Part shown: positions 28,620 to 38,600 of the stretch, in pieces
Layout of the letters: the number at the start of each line of letters is the position of its first letter
How positions within the stretch are numbered: the stretch's first letter is position 1
Source of the DNA: Bacteroidales bacterium
GTDB taxonomy: Bacteria; Bacteroidota; Bacteroidia; Bacteroidales; FEN-979
NCBI GenBank assembly: GCA_030681475.1
Contig: JAUXWT010000035.1
Coordinates: forward strand, 4,428-68,427
DNA length: 64,000 nucleotides
Direction of reading: 5' to 3'
Position numbers and translations under genes: made by a program
Notes under the pieces: model-generated
What the model was told of the DNA's origin: nothing
Databases searched by the model: none
Seen by the model: the letters and a program-made list of their open reading frames with translations, nothing else

Positions 28620-30248
28620 ATGAAAAAACAATTACTTTCATTATTTATGTTGATCATGTTCTTCTCTGTTATTTCAACATACGGACAGGGATTAGAGAAC
28701 TTCAATAACTATGTTGGTACCTCAGGTACCTATTCCAATGGAACATTCATTGGTCAGGATGGCTCAACCTGGAGTTATTCCCAATGCAGAAGTGACAGGG
28801 CTATTACAGCGCCTTCTCCTTGTTTAGGAAAGGCCAGGAATCCAACCGGAAAGGTGGTTTCCGGAACATTGTTAAATGGTTGTGGTACCTTAAGCTTTGA
28901 TTACAAACAAGGATATTCTACGGCCGTTAACCTTAATGTTTATGTTAATAACCTCGTGGTAGGAAATGTTACCAGTCCGGGGGGTAATGGAGACACGTCG
29001 ATTGTACATAATTCCGGTCCGATCTTAGTGAATGCTCCGGGTAGTTTTGTACTTATGTTTAAACAAGCAGACAGTACTGCCTCCGGACAGGTCACAGTTG
29101 ACAATGTTTCGTGGACAGCCTTTGGCGGTGGTCCATTACCTGAACCGACAAATTACCCGACTAACTATACAGCAACCCCTTCACCCTTTACTATCAACCT
29201 GGCATGGACGGATGCTGTCGGAGCACAGCTCCCCGGCGCTTATCTGATCCTGGCGAGCGACCAGAACAATATTGTTGCTCCTGTTGATGGTACTCCCGTT
29301 TCGAATGACCCGAACCTGGCAGACGGTTTGGGTGCGCTTAATGTACTTCAAGGTGTCCAAAGCGCGGTATTTGGGAACTTACCGGCAAACAAACAGTACT
29401 ATTTTAAAATATTCCCATATACCAATTCGGGGGCATTGATTAACTACAAAACTGACGGAACTGCCCCAAGCGCAACAGCTACCACCACAAACACCGTTAT
29501 CATTGACAGCATCCATTTTTCAAATTATAACTTTTCCAACTGGATCGTGAAAAATGTCACCGGCTCACAGGTTTGGGTAATTGACTCCATCCATGGAATC
29601 AACAACGGCCCTTGTGGCAAAGTCAGCGGATTCCAGGTAACATCGAATGTGAATGAAGACTGGCTTATCTCTCCTGCCATGAATTTCAACAATTACATCA
29701 ACGAAGCGCTCACTTTCCAGTCTGCTTACAAATATACCGGACCGGCATTGGAGGCGCTCATTTCCAACGATTATGACGGGTTAACTAACCCGAATGATTT
29801 TACATGGTCGCCATTGACCGCCACCTGGTCACCCGGAAATTGGGTGTGGACACCTTCAGGCAGTATTAATATCAGCGGAACGAACGGATCCCAGGTTTAC
29901 ATTGGATTTAAATATACATCAACCGCCACAGAATCTTCAACGTGGGAACTTGATGATATCGTGATCACTGGTGACCTTCTTATCGGGATCAATGAAAAGA
30001 TCTCCGACGATGTTGATTTCTCAGTTAATCCGAATCCTGCTACTGGAAAATGTTCGTTAACATTCACCAAGGGAGGGAGTAAGGAAATCCGTGTAATTTC
30101 AGTGATAGGTACAACTGTTTTAGAAGCAACCACCGATCTGCTGAAATATTCGCTGAATCTGTATTCACTATCCCCTGGCATATATTTTGTGCAGGCTTAC
30201 TCGCCAGCTTCAAAAATTACCCAGGTCAGGAAACTGATCATCAGGTAA
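28620..30248 (+). CDS. Secreted protein with T9SS type-A sorting domain (choice-of-anchor-J/MAM-like module likely)
   Basis: Signal peptide. WLISPAMNF...VYIGFKYTS...STWELDDIVITG. C-terminal NPNPATGKCSLTF...GIYFVQA...RKLIIR. Confidence 0.65.
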   Translation: MKKQLLSLFMLIMFFSVISTYGQGLENFNNYVGTSGTYSNGTFIGQDGSTWSYSQCRSDRAITAPSPCLGKARNPTGKVVSGTLLNGCGTLSFDYKQGYSTAVNLNVYVNNLVVGNVTSPGGNGDTSIVHNSGPILVNAPGSFVLMFKQADSTASGQVTVDNVSWTAFGGGPLPEPTNYPTNYTATPSPFTINLAWTDAVGAQLPGAYLILASDQNNIVAPVDGTPVSNDPNLADGLGALNVLQGVQSAVFGNLPANKQYYFKIFPYTNSGALINYKTDGTAPSATATTTNTVIIDSIHFSNYNFSNWIVKNVTGSQVWVIDSIHGINNGPCGKVSGFQVTSNVNEDWLISPAMNFNNYINEALTFQSAYKYTGPALEALISNDYDGLTNPNDFTWSPLTATWSPGNWVWTPSGSINISGTNGSQVYIGFKYTSTATESSTWELDDIVITGDLLIGINEKISDDVDFSVNPNPATGKCSLTFTKGGSKEIRVISVIGTTVLEATTDLLKYSLNLYSLSPGIYFVQAYSPASKITQVRKLIIR

Positions 30249-30265
30249 TAATAAATTCTTTTATG

Positions 30266-30300
30266 AAAAGGTCACCCGTATTCAAGGTGACCTTTTTTTT
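30266..30300 (+). terminator. Rho-independent terminator
   Basis: 11-bp stem AAAAGGTCACC (30266-30276) / GGTGACCTTTT (30086 offset corrected: 30286-30296), 9-nt loop. The stem runs into a T9 tract, 18 nt after the stop at 30246-30248. Confidence 0.75.
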
Positions 30301-30301
30301 C

Positions 30302-30309
30302 TAAATTTG
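30302..30309 (+). promoter_or_regulatory. Candidate -7 box (TAAATTTG)
   Basis: 22 nt upstream of the ATG at 30331. Confidence 0.4.
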
Positions 30310-30330
30310 TGAGTCAGAACAATTGTCTGC

Positions 30331-31902
30331 ATGTGGCGATTCACCCTCCTCCTTTTCAGCCTGGTAGTATTCTACGGAATAACAGTATTGTCACAGCAAT
30401 CTGTCGGGAGTAATTATCCTGATAACCCGTTGCGCATTGAAATCCCAACCCGTTCGGCAAATGAAACATACCGGATCATTCCTTGCGGGGTCAACGGGTT
30501 AATCCTGTTTTTCAGAAGTCAGGAACCTACCGTCGACGGGAAAATTAATTGGTATTTTACCTGTTATGATACGAATTTTCAACAGAAATGGGTAAACAAT
30601 GTTCCAATGAACAGTGAACATGATTACCGGTACAATCGTGATGGAACTGACACTTTGGCGTTATTATTTGTACAGGGCAGTAAATCAAAAAATCCTGAAA
30701 ATTCCTTCGAGATACTTCGCATCGTACAAAGTACCGGCACGATGATCCTCAACAACGGCATACTTGAGCCAGGGTCGGTTGTGGATGCGTTTAGTGTTCA
30801 GAAAGGGCGTGCATGGCTCGGGGTCAATATCAAGGATCAGGCTGGGAAAATCGTGAATATGGAATTGAAGCAAGGAATAACCAGACCCTTTTCACTTGGC
30901 GTGGGAAACCGGATAACTCTACTTTGGATGCAACCCGACACTTCTTCATTATTTATTTCGGCCATCGTGGGCAGACAGATCTCAAAAAAAATAAATGAGT
31001 ATTACCTTGTTCAATACGATACGAATGGTTCGATCAAACATGAGTCACTCATTGGAACACAGTCAGGCGAACGCACGTTGACCCGGGTCCAGGGGACCGG
31101 CCTCAATAACGGTTCCGCAATGCTGCTTGGCAGTTATGGCCAAGGATTGCCAAACTCAACAAATAAAAACCGGCCGGTAGAGGTTTCAACAGGTTTTTTT
31201 GCCAGTACAATACAAAACGGCTCCCAAAAATCGATCAGTTATTATAATTTTCTTGAATTGCAGAATGCCAGTTCAATTGTTGGTGAAGAGGATATGATGA
31301 ACCTGAAGAAGAAGGCCCTCAGGAAGAATAAATCATTGTCCGAATATTCCCTGGATTATTCGGTACTGCTGCATGATATCTTTTTTTATAACGATCAATA
31401 CATCCTGACGGCCGAATTTTTTTCGCCACAATATCATACGGAGAGCTTTACTGATTTTGATTTTTATGGACGGCCATATACCAATAATTATTCAGTATTT
31501 GACGGGTATCGGTTTTATGATGCAGTTGTAGCCGGATTCGATCTGGAAGGCAAGTTGCTTTGGGATAACTACATTGAAATAAGGAACATGGTGTCATTCG
31601 ATTTGTCGCCGAAGGTCATAATATACCCATCTGTTAATAACCTTGTGTTATGTTATGTCAGCGATGGAAAGATCGGGTCAAAGATAATCCAGGAGAACAG
31701 GGTGGTTGAAAAATTGGACTTTACTGCAATTGATCTGTTTTATCCTGAAGATAAACTACTTTCTGAAAACAAAGGCACGCTTCTCCATTGGTATGGAAAT
31801 TATTTTCTGAGTTTTGGTTATCAGGAAATTAAAAATATTGCCATGGAAACCAATAACAAGCGGCTCGTTTTTTATTTCAGTAAACTTCGGTTTGATCAAT
31901 GA
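30331..31902 (+). CDS. Hypothetical secreted protein (523 aa)
   Basis: N-terminal hydrophobic signal/anchor and a long clean ORF. No family recognised and no T9SS tail. Confidence 0.5.
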   Translation: MWRFTLLLFSLVVFYGITVLSQQSVGSNYPDNPLRIEIPTRSANETYRIIPCGVNGLILFFRSQEPTVDGKINWYFTCYDTNFQQKWVNNVPMNSEHDYRYNRDGTDTLALLFVQGSKSKNPENSFEILRIVQSTGTMILNNGILEPGSVVDAFSVQKGRAWLGVNIKDQAGKIVNMELKQGITRPFSLGVGNRITLLWMQPDTSSLFISAIVGRQISKKINEYYLVQYDTNGSIKHESLIGTQSGERTLTRVQGTGLNNGSAMLLGSYGQGLPNSTNKNRPVEVSTGFFASTIQNGSQKSISYYNFLELQNASSIVGEEDMMNLKKKALRKNKSLSEYSLDYSVLLHDIFFYNDQYILTAEFFSPQYHTESFTDFDFYGRPYTNNYSVFDGYRFYDAVVAGFDLEGKLLWDNYIEIRNMVSFDLSPKVIIYPSVNNLVLCYVSDGKIGSKIIQENRVVEKLDFTAIDLFYPEDKLLSENKGTLLHWYGNYFLSFGYQEIKNIAMETNNKRLVFYFSKLRFDQ

Positions 31903-31907
31903 ACAGG

Positions 31908-32225
31908 CTATTTTGTAACTATAAGCAGTTTATTGTCACAAAACAGGACCATAATAGTTGTATCTTTATGGTACTGTGGTCCGTCGATGGTAAGTTTGTA
32001 TGGCTGATTGCCAGGTAATGTGAAGGGGAGGGTGAAATCCCTGCCAATGCTCATGGTGTTATGGGTCTCCATTATTTTAACGGATATGGTGGAATCAAGT
32101 TTATTCTCCACGTTCAACACACCGGTTCCGTTACACGGATCGACTTTTTTTTCTTCGGTACAGGCAGAAATCACAAACAGGGCGATGAAGAAAATAAGGG
32201 TTGTGGCAAGGGATGACTTTTTCAT
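31908..32225 (-). CDS. Small hypothetical lipoprotein
   Basis: Signal peptide with lipobox ISAC. 105 aa. Confidence 0.5.
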   Translation of the reverse strand: MKKSSLATTLIFFIALFVISACTEEKKVDPCNGTGVLNVENKLDSTISVKIMETHNTMSIGRDFTLPFTLPGNQPYKLTIDGPQYHKDTTIMVLFCDNKLLIVTK

Positions 32226-32245
32226 AAGTTTCGGATTGGTAAGTG

Positions 32246-32253
32246 CAAAAATA
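32246..32253 (-). promoter_or_regulatory. Candidate -7 box (TATTTTTG on minus strand)
   Basis: 21 nt upstream of the ATG at 32225. Confidence 0.35.
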
Positions 32254-32499
32254 CAAGGATTAAGTTAATATCAAATCACTCAAAAAAAAAATGATATCTT
32301 TATATTGATCAGCAGAAAAATACTAAATTAATTTAATATTCAAATATATCATTTAATTAATTGACAATCAGGAATTATAATTTAAAAACATTACAAATAA
32401 TAAATTTTAACCGCAGCATTATACATAGCGCATGTTTAGTATGACAAAATAAAAAGTGTTATGGTTGTCTCTGCATGTTGTAATTTGTTAATATTGTAT

Positions 32500-32507
32500 T
32501 AACTTTG
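32500..32507 (+). promoter_or_regulatory. Candidate -7 box (TAACTTTG) for the giant PKD gene
   Basis: TAnnTTTG match 129 nt upstream of the ATG at 32636, inside a 410-nt AT-rich spacer. Confidence 0.3.
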
Positions 32508-32635
32508 TTGGTTCGGGAATAGAGCGATTCTATTATGAGTTGATTGATACCTTACAGGCAACTTTTTTAGTGAAACTTTTGTCGTATATTTAAGTATAAC
32601 TAAACAGAGCGTAAACATCCATAAATTCTATCCAT

Positions 32636-35600
32636 ATGTTCCATCGATTGATACGCCTTCTTTTTCTCTCGGTATTTTTCCTATCAACTGGCGCTGGGGT
32701 AATTGCCCAACCATGTCCGGACACTAATCCGGTAATAACAGGACCCGATGTAGTTGGCGCAAATGTAAACCCGGTGCAATACACCACACCCCTGATAACA
32801 GGTCATACATATTCATGGGTGGTTACTACAGTTCCGGGAGGGACTGTTGTTGGAATCTCATCAACAAACATACTGAACCAACTGTGGAATACCCCTGGTG
32901 ATTATAAAATTGATCTCAGTGAGGGGATCTCCGGCAACCCTTGTCTGCCTGTTGTTGCCACTTCAATGAATGTTTTGGTAAAACCCATGCTTGCTGCCTA
33001 TTTTTACTACGAACCGGATAAAGATCATGGATGTTATTATAATGAAGTTACTTTTACAGCAACAGGAAACGGGAATTACCCGCCCGCAGATCCATTGATC
33101 ACTTATGAATGGTGGTGGGGTGAATATAATCCACCTGTCCCAGTTACGTGGGTAAATACAGATATCACTCCGATAGGACCAAACAATAGTGTCGTAAAAA
33201 TCCTGTATCCGGCAACCCCAGGTAAGACCTATGCTACCAAATTGATTGTTTCAAAAACAATCACAGGCAGGATCTGGACGGATGAAATTATCGATTTTGT
33301 TTATGTAGATCCTGATAAATTTAAACCAATCCCGGTTATTGCATCACCAACCACGCCAAATTGCCTGATTCAGCCATTTTCTTTTAGCGCTGTCGGCAGT
33401 CTGGTAACTCAAATACCCACAACTGGCGTTTTACTGCGTTATATTAGATGGGATTTTGGCGACGGAACATTTGAACTTTTTGAAAACCCCGATGGTTTCA
33501 TTACTCCCCCACTGACTACCACCCATATCTATACTGTCCCGGCAAATGGTATCGTTGTGACCCTTACACTGATCAACACGAAGAATTGTGAAGAGAATAC
33601 GACAATCACCATAAACGTGCCGAACACGATGCCGGTTGCAGCCTTTTCGTATGCACAGGCGTGTGTGAATTTGCCAGCTACCTTTACCGACAATTCATTA
33701 GCTAGCATTGGAAACATTACTGACTGGTGGTGGTATTGGGACGATGGATCAACGGATCATTTTAACAGTGTGACAAACCCGCCGCCCAATCCGGTAACGC
33801 ATGTGTTCACTGATCTTTTAATACACAACGTGACCTTGAAAGTCAGGAACAGCAACGGTTGTGAACATATAACGGTTGCGATCCCTGTTCAGGCCCAACC
33901 TTCCCCAAAGGCTGATTTTTCCTATCCGATTTTATCCTGTACCGGCGATATTGTTCAGTTTACAAACATGAGTTCGCCACTGACCGGTACCCCGATTGCC
34001 ACTTACCTTTGGAATTTCAATGATCCTTTGTCTCCGAGCAATACATCCACCGACCCAAATCCTACTCATCTGTTTTCAGGACCAGGCAGCTATCAGGTTA
34101 CCCTCACCGTAACAAACCAGGCAGGATGTTCACATACAAAAACATTGACCACCAACCCGCTTGTTGTTAACCCGCATCCTGACATTGATTTCACTGCTGT
34201 TCAAGGCGCTACTGCATATATCCAGATATTTACTGCTCAGATCAATCCTGCCCAGAATGTTGGTAATAATGTTCACTGGACATTCGGCGATGGAACAAAC
34301 GGGTTCGGGTCACCAATTACCCACACCTACCCCGGACCTGGCAGTTACATAGCAACCTGTACCGGCATCGATATGGTTACGGGATGTTCAACGGTAGTGG
34401 AACATGAAGTGGTTTTAGGAGCGCCTCCAGCGGCGTGTTTTACGGCAAATCCGCCAAATCAATGTCAAAATGTTCCTGTTTTGTTTGTTCCCTGTCCTCC
34501 GGGCGGGTTGATCACCACCGAACATTGGGATTTTGGCGATGGTACACCGATACAAATTTTCGTCCCTCCCAGTGTTCCTGCATCTCCGACTCACACTTAC
34601 CTGGGACCGGGTCCATATTACGTTACCAGGATACTTAACCAGGGTACTCCACTTGAGGTCTCTTTTTCATTGTGGGTGACAATTTACGATGCTCCGGCAG
34701 CTAACTTTACCTGGTTCAGCGACCCCTCCCTGATGCACCAGGGACAGGCTTGTGACGGACAACTTGTCTATTTTATGGATCAATCGTACGCCAACTCCAC
34801 CCCGCCGGGAACCATCTTCAAATGGCTCTGGAATTTTGATGATCCCCTTTCAGGACCAAATAACACTTCCACATTAAAGAATCCTACGCATGCTTTTACA
34901 CCAGTTTCGTTGGGAGGTAAATCAACATATAATGTAACCCTGCAGGCATGGGAAAATCTGCAAAGCTGTCCCAGCCCGGTGAAACAGATTCCAGTACCGA
35001 TCAATCCGCCGATCCCTGTCGACTTTACCTTTAATAACAATGTGTGCCTTGATCAAACGGTTAACTTTACAACAAACCCGGTCACATTACCGCCAGCCAA
35101 CTATACCTGGCTATGGAATTTCGGGGATGGAAACACTTCGACAGCTTCAGGCAGCGTCTCCAACCTCTATGGCGCCGTCGGAAATTATATCGTCACTCTG
35201 ACACTTACCGACACCAACGGTTGCAGTAAGTCAAAACAACAAACGGTGACCATTATTCCAAAGCCAACCTGCAATTTTATCTTTTCCTCCCCGACATGTT
35301 TCGGCCAGGCAATCCAGTTCACCAGCCAATCATTCGTCCCGCTTCCATATAATGACGTTATCGTAGCATGGCAATGGGATTTTGGCGATGGCATTGGCAC
35401 CGCAACCGGTACACCTACTCCTTCATATACTTATCCTACATTCAGTTCGACAGGATATCCTGTTACACTTACCGTCACGACGAACCGGGGCTGCTCGGCA
35501 TCGAAAACGATCAATGTTCAACAGATTGCCTCGCCCGTTGCTGAATTCGAGGTCATGGCCGGTACTTTCTCCTGTGCCACTCCTCAGTCTGTTCAGTTTA

Positions 35601-38600
35601 ACAGCTCCCTTTCCCAGACAAACGGAGGTGGCGCCATCGTTTCATGGTTGTGGAATTTTGGCGACCTGACCACAAGTACCCTTCAGAATCCCGCCCACAT
35701 ATACGCCACAGCAGGCACAAAAACGGTTTCTTTAAAGGTGACCAACTCAAACGGATGTAGTCACACAATAACTCACGATATTATAGTTAACGCTTTACCG
35801 GTAGCCAATTTTACAACTTCAGTTGCCTGTGAAGGCAAGGTGATGCAGTTTACCAATGCTTCAACTACTCCATTGCTCACGACAATTGCAACGTATAGCT
35901 GGGCTTTCGGAGATGGCGGCATTTCCGCATTGTCATCCCCTGCCCATACTTATTCAACTTATGGGATATTCCAGGTCACGCTGACCATCGTCAATTCAAA
36001 TGGATGTATCCACTCTGTTACCAAACCGGTCACCGTTCACCCAAATCCAGTCGCTGCTTTTACCTTCTCGCCTGCAACTTGTGTCGGGAACCCGGTATCA
36101 TTTGACGATTTGTCCTTTATCCCGTCAGGGTTTACGGAAGCTATTCAGACCTGGGAGTGGGATTTTGATGATGGATCAACTCCATTAATTATCAATTTCC
36201 CTGCCAACCCCGATGTTACCTATACATTCCTTGGAACGGCAACGACCCATAACGTAAAGTTAACGGTGACAACCAACAATGGATGTACGGCATTCATTGT
36301 TAAAACGGTTAACAGCATACCTTCCCCTATTGCAAATTACAGCGTTTCACCCACAACGTGCTACGGACAGCCGGTACAGTTTACCAACCAGTCGCAAACC
36401 AACGGCGGAGGAAGCATCTTAAGCTGGTTATGGAATTTTGGCGATCCTTTGTCAGGAGCATTGAATACTTCCGTAGTGCAGAATCCAACACACAACTTCA
36501 TAGGGGTAAGTCCGTTTACCGTTACCCTGACAGTAACCAGCACCAATGGCTGTGTAAATACTTATTCCGGACCTCCCATTACGGTCAATGCACTTCCGGT
36601 TGCAAATTTTACGAATACAAATGCATGTGAAGGAAATCCCACCACATTTACCAATACTTCGGTCGCAAATTCAACCGGTGGCAGTTTCATATCGTATGCA
36701 TGGAACTTTGGTGATGGCGGGGTGTCAACCCAAGCCAGCCCTCAGCATATTTACCTTGCCTATGGTAATTATGTCGTCACACTCACGGTTGTAAACGACA
36801 ATGGTTGCTCACATACGGTAACGCGAACGATCACCGTAAACCCCAAACCGGTGGCGGATTTTTCCTTCTCTCCGGCAAGTTGCGTGGGTAACCCGGTGAA
36901 TTTCTTTAACCAGTCTTTTGTGCCAACAGGCTTTTCATCCTATATTCAAACCTGGCAGTGGGATTTCGGGGATGGTTCGGTCATCGCACCCATCAATTTC
37001 CCGAATCCTCCAAATATTACGCACGTATTTTTGGGAACAGCCACCACGCACATTGTCCGGTTAACGGTAACCACCACAACGGGATGTGTCAACTTTATTG
37101 AAAAGACGGTAACGAGCGTACCGACGCCCATTGCAAACTTCTCTCATTCAAATATCACCTGCGACAATCAACCCGTACAGTTCACCGATTTGTCTCAGAC
37201 CAACGGAGGAGGAAGCATTCAAAGCTGGAGTTGGAATTTTGGCGACCCGGCTTCGGGCGTAAACAACAACTCATCGGTTCAACACCCGACACATCAGTTC
37301 TCCACAGCCAATACTTTTAACATCACCCTCATTGTGACCAACGGCAATGGTTGTAAGGATACTTTATTACCACGGCCTCAGGTGGTTGTCAATGCCAGAC
37401 CGTTTGCCAATTTCCGGGCAGATACAGCTTGCCTGAATTCACTGACCACCTTTACTGACATGTCAACACCAGCAGCTTCAATTGTTGGCTATTTGTGGGA
37501 TTTCGGGGATGGCCAGACCTCTACAGCCAGCGCTCCGACCCATATGTATGCCACAACCGGTAATTTCAATGTAAAACTGAAAGTAACGAGCAACCAGGGA
37601 TGTGTCAAAGATACCACAAAGGCAGTACTTGTCCTTGGTAAACCTGTTTCTTCATTCAGTTATTCATCGCCCAATTGCGCGGGAGATTCAGTTCAATTTA
37701 CAGATTTATCATCGACCCCTCATGGATCGATCAACAAATGGGTGTGGGATTTTGATGACGGAACCATCGTCACTGTTAATTTCCCCGCCAATCAAAATGT
37801 CAAGCATAAATTTACAAATGGGGGCACTTACAATGTTAAACTGACCATTACAACCTCAGATAACTGCACTGCCCAGAAGATCACTCCTGTTCAGATCGGG
37901 TTCCGTCCGCTTGCCAATTTCAGTTTCCCGTCGACCAGTTGTGCTTTGACACCGCTTCAGTTTACTGACCTGTCTCAAACAAACGGAGGATCCTCCATTA
38001 CAACCTGGCTGTGGAATTTCGGCGACCCCGCTTCCGGCGCCAACAATACCTCAACCACACAGAACCCGACACACACCTTTACCACCGGCGGTCCGCATAT
38101 TGTACGTTTGATGGTCACCAATGCCAATGGTTGCAACGACAGCGTGGTAGGTGGTAAAACGGTTACTGTGAACGCCGCTCCCGTGGCAATATTCTCGGCT
38201 GATACCTCCTGCATGGCAAGCCCGACAATGTTTACTGACGCTTCAACCACACCTTCAGGAACCATCATTGCATGGGCCTGGAATTTTGGCGATCCTCCCA
38301 GTGGCGGCAACAATACCTCCACGATGCAGAATCCGACACATACATATTACGGCCAGGGAACCTACAACGTAAAACTCCAGGTAACCAACTCAAATCAGTG
38401 TAAAAAAGATACGATCATCCCGCTTGTTGTGAATCCGAAACCCACGGCGATGTTCCAGTACACCGCTTCATGCGTGAATTCTGAAACACAATTTACCGAC
38501 ATGTCGATCGCCCCGGGCAGTGGTTTAAAAAGCTGGAGCTGGGACTTTGGCGATGGTTCACCCATTGTTACAATACAAAACCCGGCACATGTTTACACAA

